A DNA stretch of 64,000 bases from an uncultured Alphaproteobacteria bacterium (GTDB taxonomy: Bacteria > Pseudomonadota > Alphaproteobacteria > CAAGCB01 > CAG-977). The notes beneath the pieces were generated by a model. The model ran no database searches. It was not told the origin of the DNA and saw nothing but the letters and a program-made list of their open reading frames with translations. Shown here one piece after another: positions 42,049 through 51,160 of the stretch (positions are counted from its first letter, which is position 1; each line of letters begins with the position of its first letter). The translations under genes and the position numbers were made by a program. The DNA lies in the NCBI GenBank assembly GCA_944392845.1, contig CALXYE010000072.1, positions 25,558-89,557 of the forward strand. The letters are read 5' to 3'.

Positions 42049-42422
42049 GCGCAGAAACGCTCCGCATTGACAAATGGCTGTGGTTCGCCCGTTTTGCGAA
42101 AACCAGAACGGCGGCGCAGGAGTTATGCGAAGCGGGACACGTCGCCGTCAACGGCGAAAAAGTCCTGAAAGTGTCGCGCGAGGTTCGCATCGGCGATGAA
42201 TTGGACGTTTTGCGGGGACATGTCCGTTTCCGCATCAGGATCGCCGCCATGATTGACAAACGCGTCGGAGCGGCGGCGGCGCAAACGCTTTATGAGCATT
42301 TGGCGGCGCCCGAAAATTTAAAACCGCCCCGCGAAAGTGTGTTTGAGGTTCGCCCTTCGGGTTCGGGGCGTCCGACGAAAAAAGACCGCCGCGCCTTGAA
42401 CCGCCTGAAGGGAAAATTCTGA
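42045..42422 (+). CDS. S4-domain RNA-binding protein (Hsp15/HslR-like)
   Basis: S4 motif (LRIDKWLWFARFAKTRTAAQELCEAGHVAVNGEKV). Confidence 0.75.
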   Translation: MSAETLRIDKWLWFARFAKTRTAAQELCEAGHVAVNGEKVLKVSREVRIGDELDVLRGHVRFRIRIAAMIDKRVGAAAAQTLYEHLAAPENLKPPRESVFEVRPSGSGRPTKKDRRALNRLKGKF

Positions 42423-42507
42423 GCGTTGACAGAATATCCTTGAAAAAAGGGAGGAAGCGTTTTATAAACTTCCCCATCATTTAACGAACTCTCTAGGAGA
42501 TAGAAAA

Positions 42508-42747
42508 ATGGCCTCTGTAATTAATGATTCCTGCGTAAAGTGCATGAGCTGCGTTTCCGTTTGCCCGGTCGGCGCCATGCATGACGCCGACACCCAGCTG
42601 GTGATCGACCCCGATACGTGCATCGATTGCGGCGTTTGCATTGCCGAATGCCCCCAGAGCGCGATCACGACGGAAGACGAAGCCGACGAAAAATGGGTGA
42701 AGTTCAACGCTGAAAAGGCTTCCGAATGCCCTGCGGCAGAAGCGTAA
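42508..42747 (+). CDS. 4Fe-4S ferredoxin
   Basis: Two Cys clusters: CVKCMSCVSVCP and CIDCGVCIAECP. Confidence 0.8.
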   Translation: MASVINDSCVKCMSCVSVCPVGAMHDADTQLVIDPDTCIDCGVCIAECPQSAITTEDEADEKWVKFNAEKASECPAAEA

Positions 42748-42767
42748 GTTTTCTTTCGTCTTCAAGT

Positions 42768-42806
42768 TTAAAAATCCCCTGCTTTACGTCGGGGGATTTT
42801 TTTTGA
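42768..42806. terminator. Bidirectional terminator after the ferredoxin gene
   Basis: Hairpin aaaaatcccc...gggggatttttttt. Confidence 0.7.
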
Positions 42807-42820
42807 GTTTTGAAGCGGGA

Positions 42821-43651
42821 TCAAACGGCTTCGTCGACTTTTTTTGCGGGAGCGGCCGCGCCGTAAGCGGCGGCTTTGTTCATTGCTTCGTACATATCCA
42901 GCGTTCTGGTCATAGCTTCGGGGAACCAGCTTGCCGCGGCGGAAGTTTTTTCCGAATTCATTGACGGCAGAGAATCGCGCTTATAGCCGATGTCGGAAGA
43001 CGCTTGAGCGCGAAGCGCCGCGATATCGACGGGCGCGCCGACATTGACGGCGGGCTTCGTTTGATCGGTTTGCGCTTCGGCGGTTCCGAGGTTTTGTAAT
43101 TTTTGCATTTTTGCTTTTTGCGCATCCGTTACGGCTTCGGGTGCGGGCGCAGGCGCGAATGCGGGCGTCGCGCGCATATTCGTGTAACGCTTGACGGAAT
43201 CCATCGTGAACAGCTTGGCGTCGCCGGGGCCTTTCAGGGCGCGCCGTTTTTCTTCGCGGGCTTTTGCCGTCGTTTCCGACATGTTGTAGGGCGATACGCT
43301 TTTATTTTCCCTTGATGCGGTCAGGCTTTTGTTTTCGGAAAAGGCCGTGCGTTTCAATTCGGCTTCAAAGCGTTCTCCCGGCTTGTTGTCGGCGCTGACG
43401 ATAAAAGGAGTCAGGTCTTCAACGTCCGCCAAATAGGCAGGAAGTTCCTGTACTTTTTTGACGGGGTGCGTCAAATCCGTCGGCGTCAGAGACTTCGGCG
43501 CTTCCGCGATGCGGACTTCGGCGGTTTGAGGCGCTTCCAAAGCGGCTTTAAAAGAAAGATCTTGTTCCGAAACGGACGTTTTCGGCGCGTTTTTGAACGT
43601 TACGCCGTCCTGCCAAACGGAAGTATCAACCGTGAAATACGAATATCCCAT
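42821..43651 (-). CDS. Hypothetical Pro/Ala-rich low-complexity protein
   Basis: No signal peptide. It contains PAFAPAPAPE and Ala/Lys/Thr/Gln-rich segments, and is divergent from the regulator gene. Confidence 0.45.
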   Translation of the reverse strand: MGYSYFTVDTSVWQDGVTFKNAPKTSVSEQDLSFKAALEAPQTAEVRIAEAPKSLTPTDLTHPVKKVQELPAYLADVEDLTPFIVSADNKPGERFEAELKRTAFSENKSLTASRENKSVSPYNMSETTAKAREEKRRALKGPGDAKLFTMDSVKRYTNMRATPAFAPAPAPEAVTDAQKAKMQKLQNLGTAEAQTDQTKPAVNVGAPVDIAALRAQASSDIGYKRDSLPSMNSEKTSAAASWFPEAMTRTLDMYEAMNKAAAYGAAAPAKKVDEAV

Positions 43652-43763
43652 GATAAGCTCCTCCTTTTTCCTTGAAAAAAAGATGCAAATGTCATGCCAA
43701 TTAAGTTTATTTGAACTTGCGCCGTTTTTTCCTTAAAATTTCGGAAACGAAAGGAAGGGCTGT

Positions 43764-44393
43764 ATGCGGCGAATTTTGATTTATTCCCGAAACGAATTGC
43801 CGGCAAAAGCGTTGGCGGACGAGCTGGCGGCGTTAAATATAGCGGAAGAGACCGTTGAAACGGCGGATTTTGCGGACGCGGCGCAAAAAATGAAGGACGG
43901 CGGTTTTTCCGCGTTGATCTTTGACGAACCGACGGCGGAGCAACGCGCATCGGTCGCGGCGGCGCATGACGGCGTTCCCGTTTTTTACCTGTCTTCCGTT
44001 CCGTTGGACGTTGAAGAGGCCGTCGTTTATCAAAAACCGTTCCGCCTGCCCGTTATTTTGTCCGCCCTTATCAGCGCGGCGGCGCAATTTGAACAAAGCG
44101 ACAAGGCTTCCGTCGATATCGGCTTTTGGCGGTTTAATTTTACGGGGCGCGTATTGTCGTTTAAAGATAAAGAGATAAAGCTGACGGAAAAAGAGGCCGC
44201 TTTGTTAAATTACCTGTTCCGTCAGGGCAAGGCCGTTGATAAAGACACGCTTTTGCGCGAAATCTGGGGATACGGCGACGGCATATCGACTCATACGCTG
44301 GAAACGCATATCTACCGTTTGCGCCAAAAGCTGGAAGAAACGGGTATTTCTTTTTCGGCGGGCAGCGGCGACGGGTATCGGCTGTTATATTAG
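43764..44393 (+). CDS. OmpR-family winged-helix transcriptional regulator with an atypical receiver-like N-terminus
   Basis: C-terminal trans_reg_C motif (LTEKEAALLNYLFRQGKAVDKDTLLREIWGY...HTLETHIYRLRQKLE). The N-terminal domain is receiver-like but lacks the acidic DD pocket. Confidence 0.65.
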   Translation: MRRILIYSRNELPAKALADELAALNIAEETVETADFADAAQKMKDGGFSALIFDEPTAEQRASVAAAHDGVPVFYLSSVPLDVEEAVVYQKPFRLPVILSALISAAAQFEQSDKASVDIGFWRFNFTGRVLSFKDKEIKLTEKEAALLNYLFRQGKAVDKDTLLREIWGYGDGISTHTLETHIYRLRQKLEETGISFSAGSGDGYRLLY

Positions 44394-45037
44394 CGGTTTC
44401 GGCGCGACCTGTCGCCGGGGCGGGTCTTGTACGGGTCTTTGAAAACGAATTGGCTTTCTTCGACGGGAACGTTAAATTCCGCCTGATTTAAGGAAACAAG
44501 CGTTTTCGTTTTTTGGGCGTCGGTAATCTGCCATTGTCTTAAAGCCAGGGGACGATCCCTGAAGACCAGCGTGATTTTGCCCGCTGCGGGCTGGCTTGTT
44601 TTGAACAGGGTGACTTCGATAAAACCGGGAGAACGGCTGACGTCTTCAACGGTCAGGTCGGAATCCTTAAAGGAAAAATTTTCCTTCAGGATGATTGACG
44701 CGGGATTGTCGTCCAAATCCAAATACGTTACCTGTTCCAGCTTTTTATCGTGAAAGATCAAATAGTGGCCGTCGGCGATGATTTCGACGGGATAGGGCGG
44801 CGCGTACTCCAGCCTCATTTTGTTCGGCTTCAGCAGTTCGATTTTTCCTTCGGCGAACGCGCCCGTTCCCGATACCTGTGAAAAAGCGCTTTTTATCGAC
44901 CTGATTCCGTTAAAATACTTTTCGATGTCCGCCAAAATTTTTTGATTGTCTTCGGTTAATGCCGTTTTCGGCGTATCGGCAACGGCGGCGAAAGCCGAAA
45001 AAACAAAGCAGAAAATCAGAAATAAAATCTTTTTCAT
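44390..45037 (-). CDS. lolA: Outer-membrane lipoprotein carrier protein LolA
   Basis: Signal peptide, LolA-like length, and the conserved position adjacent to ftsK. Confidence 0.7.
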   Translation of the reverse strand: MKKILFLIFCFVFSAFAAVADTPKTALTEDNQKILADIEKYFNGIRSIKSAFSQVSGTGAFAEGKIELLKPNKMRLEYAPPYPVEIIADGHYLIFHDKKLEQVTYLDLDDNPASIILKENFSFKDSDLTVEDVSRSPGFIEVTLFKTSQPAAGKITLVFRDRPLALRQWQITDAQKTKTLVSLNQAEFNVPVEESQFVFKDPYKTRPGDRSRRNR

Positions 45038-45075
45038 AAAAAATCCCCGTTATCAGACGAAGCATCTTATCAGGT

Positions 45076-47403
45076 TCAATTCCGTTCGGGTACTAAAATT
45101 TCGCGTTTGCCGGCATGGTTCGGCGCCGAGATGACGCCTTCGCTTTCCATTCTGTCAACCAGATCGGCGGCGCGGTTATAGCCGATTCGCAGCTGACGCT
45201 GGATATAGCTGGTCGAAACCTTACGGTCGCGCAGAACGATGTTGACGGCCTTGTCGTACAGGCTGTTATCGTCGCCGTCGGAAACGTTCGCCGTTCCCGC
45301 ATTCGCTCCGCCCGGAGCTTCGGCAACTTCTTCGGTAACGGCTTCGACGTATTCGGGAACGGCCTGTTCCCGAAGGTAGGAGGCGACCCGTTCGACTTCC
45401 TCATCACTGACGAAAGGACCGTGCAGGCGCAACGCCCGCTGCCCCTGAGCCAAATAAAGCATGTCGCCCATGCCCAGCAGCTGTTCCGCTCCCTGTTCGC
45501 CCAAGATTGTACGGCTGTCGATTTTTGTCGTAACGCGGAAGCTGATGCGTTCGGGGAAGTTGGCTTTGATCGTGCCCGTGATTACGTCAACGGAAGGACG
45601 CTGAGTCGCCATAATCAAATGGATGCCCGACGCGCGGGCTTTTTGAGCGATGCGCTGGATGGCGACCTCGACGTCTTTGCCCGCCGTCAGCATCAAATCC
45701 GCCATTTCGTCCACAATGACGACGATATACGGGAACGGTTTAAGGTTTAACGGTTGTTCCTCGTACACGGGCGCGCCCGTTTCGGGATCAAATCCCGTTT
45801 GAACCGTGCGGGTCACGGGTTGCCCCGACGCTAAGATCTCTTTGACTTTTTTGTTATAGCCGTCAATGTTGCGTACGCCCGTCTGAGACATCAAAAGGTA
45901 TCTGTCGTCCATTTCGCGAACGGCCCAGTTCAAAGCCAGAACCGCTTTTTTCGGATCGGTGACGACGGGGGTCAGCAAATGCGGAATCCCGTTGTACACG
46001 GACAATTCCAGCATTTTCGGGTCAATCATGATCAACCGGCACTGTTCGGGAGTCAAACGGTACAGCAAAGACAGGATCATCGTATTGATGGCGACGGATT
46101 TGCCCGATCCCGTCGTTCCCGCGATCAGCAGGTGAGGCATCTTTGCCAAATCCGTAAAGGTCGGCTTGCCGCCGATGTCTTTGCCCAAGGCTAAAGTCAG
46201 CGCCTTTTGCGAATGCCTGAATTCCTCGCAGGCCAACATTTCGCGCAAATAAACGGGCGCGCGGCGCTCATTGGGCATTTCGATGCCGATGACGCTTTGT
46301 CCCGGAACGACGGCGATACGCACCGATATCGCGCTCATTGAACGGGCGATGTCGTCGGCCAGATTAATGACGCGCGTCGTTTTTATGCCCGGCGCGGGTT
46401 CCAGCTCAAACAACGTTACGACGGGGCCGGGGCGAACGTTGACGATTCGTCCCTTAACGCCGAATTCTTCCAAAACGCTTTCCAGCCGTTCGGCCTGGCT
46501 ATCCAAAAATTCTTTGGAAAACTGAGGGGTCTTCGCAGGATCGGGGGGCGTGAGAAAGTCCGTTTTCGGCAGGTGAAACTCGGCCATATATTTTTTATGC
46601 TCCCGCATGGAACGCAACGCGTCGCGCTTTTTGCGGGTCGGCGGCGTTTCTGCGGAACTTTCTTCCGTTTCCAAGTCGAATTCTTCCTGAACGGGCATGA
46701 TGCTTTCGGGCAGTTCTTCGGGCAACGGGTCGTTTTGTTCTCCGTCTTCGTCCGATTTGCGGCGGCGGAAAAGGCGGTATATGAAAACGCAAAGGGATTT
46801 TAAGGACAAAACCACTTCCGCAAAGCATTTTTTCAAAACGGGAAAGGGAATTCCCAATGTCAAAGCGCATCCGAAAACCGAAGCGATAAAAACGACGGGA
46901 AGGATGACGGCCTGAGGATAGGGAAAATATTTAAACGTTACATAAGGCAGCAAAGGCAGGTAAAATGCCGATGCCAAAGCGCCGCCCGGTCCCGCGGGCA
47001 TGAAGCGCGTCGTCATTGTGGGGCATAATCCCGCGAACAGCATCATTAAAAGGATCGTCGTCGGAAAAAAGCATACGACCCGCAAAAAGGACAGCTTTTT
47101 CCATTTCAGGCGGCACACGATAATTCCCCAAGCGATCAGCGACAAGGGCAGAAAAACGGCGGCCAGCCCGCAATATTGCCATAACAGGTCGGACAGACAG
47201 GCTCCGAAATGTCCCAGGGCATTTTTGGGCACCAGCCCCGACGCCGTATTGAACGACGGATCGGAGATGTTATAGGTCGCCAGCGCCGCCGCCGTAACGC
47301 CGCCGCATGCAATAAGCAACAACCCGCCGCATCGGACGGCGAGTTCGCGAAAAAACGCTTTCAGGTTTGACGGCAGAAAAGTTTTTTTGGCGGAACGAGG
47401 CAT
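45076..47403 (-). CDS. ftsK: DNA translocase FtsK
   Basis: N-terminal TM region, a linker, an alpha/beta motor with Walker A (IAGTTGSGKS), and a gamma domain (winged helix, RIGYNRAADLVDRME). Confidence 0.95.
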   Translation of the reverse strand: MPRSAKKTFLPSNLKAFFRELAVRCGGLLLIACGGVTAAALATYNISDPSFNTASGLVPKNALGHFGACLSDLLWQYCGLAAVFLPLSLIAWGIIVCRLKWKKLSFLRVVCFFPTTILLMMLFAGLCPTMTTRFMPAGPGGALASAFYLPLLPYVTFKYFPYPQAVILPVVFIASVFGCALTLGIPFPVLKKCFAEVVLSLKSLCVFIYRLFRRRKSDEDGEQNDPLPEELPESIMPVQEEFDLETEESSAETPPTRKKRDALRSMREHKKYMAEFHLPKTDFLTPPDPAKTPQFSKEFLDSQAERLESVLEEFGVKGRIVNVRPGPVVTLFELEPAPGIKTTRVINLADDIARSMSAISVRIAVVPGQSVIGIEMPNERRAPVYLREMLACEEFRHSQKALTLALGKDIGGKPTFTDLAKMPHLLIAGTTGSGKSVAINTMILSLLYRLTPEQCRLIMIDPKMLELSVYNGIPHLLTPVVTDPKKAVLALNWAVREMDDRYLLMSQTGVRNIDGYNKKVKEILASGQPVTRTVQTGFDPETGAPVYEEQPLNLKPFPYIVVIVDEMADLMLTAGKDVEVAIQRIAQKARASGIHLIMATQRPSVDVITGTIKANFPERISFRVTTKIDSRTILGEQGAEQLLGMGDMLYLAQGQRALRLHGPFVSDEEVERVASYLREQAVPEYVEAVTEEVAEAPGGANAGTANVSDGDDNSLYDKAVNIVLRDRKVSTSYIQRQLRIGYNRAADLVDRMESEGVISAPNHAGKREILVPERN

Positions 47404-47465
47404 TCTTTATCCGAGATTTAATAAAAGTATTCTTTTGATAATGCCGTAAAAAAGTAAACGGTCGT

Positions 47466-48110
47466 TTAATTTGTTTTCGAACCGCAACTCATATCCAACA
47501 GCATGGAGAGCGTATCGTAGAATTTTTGTTGCGTTTCGCATTCCAGCAAAGCCTGTTTTTCCGCCATTTCAAACGGCAACATTGACGCCAGGGACGGCAA
47601 CAGGGCCGAATCGGGGACGTTTTTCAGCAAAGCCGAATTGAAGTCAATTCGGTTTCCGTACGCGAAGGCGTCCAGCTTGGCGAACAGGGTGCGACGGTCG
47701 AATTTGAACGGCGCGGGATTTAAGTCAAAGGCGAAAGGCGCGTAATCCGCCGTAACGGTGCGATAGGTTTGATAGGCCGTGTCGATTTCTTTAAGGACGC
47801 GAAATCGGGAAAGCCCCGTCAGCGTGATTAAAAGCAGATTGTTTTCGGCTTCGGCAAAACCCGATATTCTGCCTGCGCAGCCGACGGAATAAAGTTTCGG
47901 TTTGTCTTCGGTGCTGACTTTGTCAACGGGCTGCACCATTCCGACAATGCGCGAAGACGCCAGCGCGTTGAAAATCAGGCGGATATAGCGCGTTTCAAAA
48001 ATGCGCAGCTGCAATTTCTGTCCGGGGAACAAAAACGTTCCCGCGAAAGGCAAAACGGGAAGTACGGACGGCATTTCCACCATCGTTACGTCAAAAATGC
48101 TTTCGGACAT
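47466..48110 (-). CDS. Lon N-terminal (LON substrate-binding) domain protein
   Basis: LPVLPFAGTFLFPGQKLQLRIFETRYIRL is typical of Lon-N. Confidence 0.75.
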   Translation of the reverse strand: MSESIFDVTMVEMPSVLPVLPFAGTFLFPGQKLQLRIFETRYIRLIFNALASSRIVGMVQPVDKVSTEDKPKLYSVGCAGRISGFAEAENNLLLITLTGLSRFRVLKEIDTAYQTYRTVTADYAPFAFDLNPAPFKFDRRTLFAKLDAFAYGNRIDFNSALLKNVPDSALLPSLASMLPFEMAEKQALLECETQQKFYDTLSMLLDMSCGSKTN

Positions 48111-48125
48111 TCCGACCCTCCTTTT

Positions 48126-49031
48126 TTAAGAAAACAGCAAAGAAGACAGCTTCCTTCTGCCGGCGACGGTCACGGGATTCGAATTTCCCAAAGCCGTAAA
48201 TATCTTAAAGAGTTGTTGCCTTGCGGCATCGCCGTTCCATTCGCGGTCGTCACGGATAACGGAAATCAGCATGTCAACGGCCTTTTCGCTTTCTCCCGCG
48301 GCGAACAGGGATACGGCGTAATCAAAACGCGCCTGAAGGTCGGACGGATTTTCTTCGACTTTTTTTGCCAGCGTTTCGGGCAACGGAGCGTCTTTGGTTT
48401 CCAAGGCGACGTTCAACGCCGTTTTCGCGGCTTTTAATTCGGGCGAATTGACGCTTTCGTCCAATCCGTCCGCCAGGTCTTGAGCCGCCGCGAAATCCTT
48501 TTTCAAAATAAAGGCGCGGATCATGCCGGCAAAAGCTTTCGGATTGGTTTCGTCCTTTGCCAAAACGGCGGCATATGCTTCCAACGCGCCGTCGGCATCT
48601 TTGGCGTTTAAAAGTTCATCGGCCCGTTTCAACATTTCGTCCAAAGACAGCGCCGCTTTGCCGATCAAAGCCTGCATCATCGTTTTAAGCTGAGATTCGG
48701 GGACGGCGCCCGCGAATCCGTCCGCGGGGGCTCCCTGCATGAACACAAAAGTCGTCGGTACGGAGCGGATGCCCAGCTGAATCGCCAGATTTTGACATTC
48801 TTCGACGTTGAGGTTGACCAACGCGGCCTTGCCGTCGGCCAATCTGACGTACTTTTCCAACAAGGCGGCGAATTGGACGCTTGCGGGATCTGCTTTTGAA
48901 ATAAAACAGGCGAAGACGGGTTTCGTTTTGGAAGCGTCGATGACGTCGGCTTTAAAGGACTGTACCGTTCCCGTTTTGACGGGGCTTGCTTCAGGCGCGG
49001 AGGGGCGGTTCCCCTCAAAAATCAAAGGCAT
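48126..49031 (-). CDS. Thioredoxin-domain protein with a TPR-like C-terminus (YbbN/CnoX-like co-chaperone)
   Basis: A thioredoxin fold lacking the CxxC motif (SxxC-like), followed by helical TPR repeats. Confidence 0.65.
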   Translation of the reverse strand: MPLIFEGNRPSAPEASPVKTGTVQSFKADVIDASKTKPVFACFISKADPASVQFAALLEKYVRLADGKAALVNLNVEECQNLAIQLGIRSVPTTFVFMQGAPADGFAGAVPESQLKTMMQALIGKAALSLDEMLKRADELLNAKDADGALEAYAAVLAKDETNPKAFAGMIRAFILKKDFAAAQDLADGLDESVNSPELKAAKTALNVALETKDAPLPETLAKKVEENPSDLQARFDYAVSLFAAGESEKAVDMLISVIRDDREWNGDAARQQLFKIFTALGNSNPVTVAGRRKLSSLLFS

Positions 49032-49380
49032 TTCGTTTTCCGTTCCAAAAAATCAAACTACGGCTCATCATATATGAAAAGCCCGAAAAAGGCACGGTTT
49101 AATTTTATGCCGCGTTCGGGCGATTTTTGCTTTCGGGAACGCGGAATTTTCGTTGATGCGACGGTCGGGTATAAAAAAAAACGATGCGGGCGCGGGCGGC
49201 GTCGCGCCTCGTTCAATTCCCGATAACTGCGTTGCCCTTTGCAGAGTCATAAAATATTTTGATGACGTCAGAAGGGAAAACGGAAACGGCACGTCGGCGG
49301 CGGCCGAAGCGGGGAAATAATCGCGCTTGTTAACGACGAAAAGTTAAGGACGGCTCTGATTTAAAAAGGTAAAGTTAAGA

Positions 49381-49737
49381 TTACGTCCGGTAATGCGGAT
49401 CGGAAATTTCAAAAATTTTATCTTTTTCCGTTATTCCGCAAGAATGTCGGATTTTTCGCAATATAAGAGGTTTTGATAATATTTGCTTGTCGGCCATTAA
49501 CAGGAAAGTTCCCGTCTTTAAGTTATATGTTACGCGTCCGCGGGGAAAAGAGGCGTAATCAGGCGGCAAATCGGGATAAAGGGAAACGGCTTCCCGCCAT
49601 TTTTCAACGTGCGAAAACGGAGAATCGGCAAAGACATCGGCTTTTTCCGCTTGATCCAACGGCGTGGTCCAAATAAGCAGCTTGTTGCGAATAAGCCAAA
49701 AAATGGCGACGCTTTTTTTATTTGTCGCTTTTTTCAA
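49381..49737 (-). CDS. Hypothetical protein of 118 aa on the 3' side of tRNA-Gly
   Basis: ORF with no recognisable family. It is flanked by AT-rich non-coding DNA. Confidence 0.4.
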   Translation of the reverse strand: MKKATNKKSVAIFWLIRNKLLIWTTPLDQAEKADVFADSPFSHVEKWREAVSLYPDLPPDYASFPRGRVTYNLKTGTFLLMADKQILSKPLILRKIRHSCGITEKDKIFEISDPHYRT

Positions 49738-50064
49738 CGTTACGGTTCCGAAGTTTAATTAAAAAACGAAGAAATATTATACGTTGTTCTTTATTAAAAA
49801 GCGATTTTAAAAAGAAAAGCATTAAGGCGGCTTCTCGTTCAGTCTTTATTTTTTGGGGGTAAAGATGAATTGCTTTTTTGTATTTATTGCTTCCTAAAAA
49901 CAAATCTTAAAAAACGGGTATTTTTTGAAAGACTTAAATCAAGGAACAGACAAAAACGTACCGCGACGCGTCGTTTTGAAATTTTGGGAAGCGAATAAAC
50001 AGGAAGAACCTCCGACCGTTTCGGGGATACGCGCGTTTTGCAAATTCTTCCCGTTCCGCCCGAT

Positions 50065-50097
50065 AAAAAAAAGACCTCTTAAAAGAGGTCTTTTTAT
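50065..50097 (-). terminator. Hairpin terminator immediately 3' of tRNA-Gly
   Basis: Hairpin agacctctt aaa agaggtct flanked by an A-run and a T-run. Confidence 0.65.
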
Positions 50098-50172
50098 TGG
50101 AGCGGGTGAAGGGATTCGAACCCTCGACATCAACCTTGGCAAGGTTGCGCTCTACCCCTGAGCTACGCCCGC
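50098..50172 (-). tRNA. tRNA-Gly (anticodon GCC), with CCA encoded
   Basis: The reverse complement reads GCGGGCGTAGCTCAGGGGTAGAGCGCAACCTTGCCAAGGTTGATGTCGAGGGTTCGAATCCCTTCACCCGCTCCA. A cloverleaf is present with anticodon loop TTGCCAA and T-loop GGTTCGAATCC. Confidence 0.85.
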
Positions 50173-50191
50173 AATGTTCTTCGTAGGCAGA

Positions 50192-50220
50192 GTTATACCC
50201 ATAATCATCGGTTTTTGCAA
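50192..50220 (-). promoter_or_regulatory. Sigma70-like promoter for tRNA-Gly (TTGCAA, 17 nt spacer, TATAAC)
   Basis: On the tRNA strand the sequence is TTGCAA aaaccgatgattatggg TATAAC, about 20 nt upstream of the tRNA 5' end. Confidence 0.55.
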
Positions 50221-50402
50221 CAGGAAAATTAAAAATTTTCCAAACTTTTTATTCTTTGCCCGCGGACATTAGGATTTTTTGCGCGACATCGGATAAAACC
50301 GCCCCAAACGTCGAAGGCGCATCCTTTTTTACCGCCCAAACCCGTTTTTCCAGCCTTTAATCCTCCGAAGCCGAAACGGCGGCGTCATTCAGGTTCGGCT
50401 TT

Positions 50403-50434
50403 AAAAAAAAGCCCTCGTTTCGAGGGCTTTTTCG
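50403..50434 (-). terminator. Rho-independent terminator of the first HNH DNase paralog
   Basis: Hairpin gccctcg ttt cgagggc, with 8 T on the minus strand after the stem. Confidence 0.7.
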
Positions 50435-50446
50435 TTCGTTTGAAAA

Positions 50447-51106
50447 TCAGCGGCGCGCGGCTGCTATGGTTTTAACGTAAGGTATCATTTCAATGACGTT
50501 TTTATTTTCCTGCTTTTTCGAATTGTCGTTTTCGGGCGGAATATAAACCATATTGTCCGACCACGGCAATTTTACCCGCTTCGTTTCCCCCGCCTGCATT
50601 TGAGCAACCTGAGGATCCAATACCCGATGGTGCAGTTCGTCGTGCGGCTTGATCGGCATCAAAATAAGATTTGAAAATTCGTTCAGCCCGCCGCCGTGAA
50701 TCGGCAGCTTGTGGTGAACGTTATAACCGTTCGGGACGCTTCCTTTTTTCATCTGTTCGATTTGCTTGTCCGTGATGCCGATGGCGCGCAATTCTTTTTG
50801 ACAGTTTTGCGCGATATGTTTTACGAATTTGTCGCGAACGGAATTAAACGCGCCGCGCCGCCGTTTCCGCGTCCTTTTATCGGGAACGCTGTATTCAACG
50901 TCAATCAGTTTGAATCCGTTGATCGTATCGAATTTGAAACGCCCTCTTTCGGCGTTCAGCCGTTCGGAAGATTTGGGACGTTTTTTCTTTCTGCGCTTTT
51001 TTCCCGAAGCTTCGGAGTCGCGAGAGTCGCGAACAACATCCGCGCGCTTTTTGTGTTCGTATCTGTTTTGCCTGTTCGTTGTTGTCATGACCTGCCGCCT
51101 TTGCAA
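50447..51106 (-). CDS. Stand-alone colicin E9/E7-type HNH DNase domain protein (paralog 1) with a basic Lys/Arg-rich N-terminal region. The start is uncertain: TTG at 51106 or ATG at 51088.
   Basis: The C-terminus NGYNVHHKLPIHGGGLNEFSNLILMPIKPHDELHH matches the colicin DNase HNH motif. The preceding region (FNSVRDKFVKHIAQN...) matches the N-terminal part of the colicin DNase domain. Confidence 0.7.
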   Translation of the reverse strand: MQRRQVMTTTNRQNRYEHKKRADVVRDSRDSEASGKKRRKKKRPKSSERLNAERGRFKFDTINGFKLIDVEYSVPDKRTRKRRRGAFNSVRDKFVKHIAQNCQKELRAIGITDKQIEQMKKGSVPNGYNVHHKLPIHGGGLNEFSNLILMPIKPHDELHHRVLDPQVAQMQAGETKRVKLPWSDNMVYIPPENDNSKKQENKNVIEMIPYVKTIAAARR

Positions 51107-51160
51107 AAAATCATTCCTTAATTATGATTTTTGCATAAAAAATATTTTTTGTCTAATTTT

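Noticed and set aside
49205-49220. gttcaattccc segment resembling the tRNA T-loop region, considered as a possible att repeat
   Set aside because: It is only a short imperfect match, in the opposite orientation to the tRNA. It is most likely chance.
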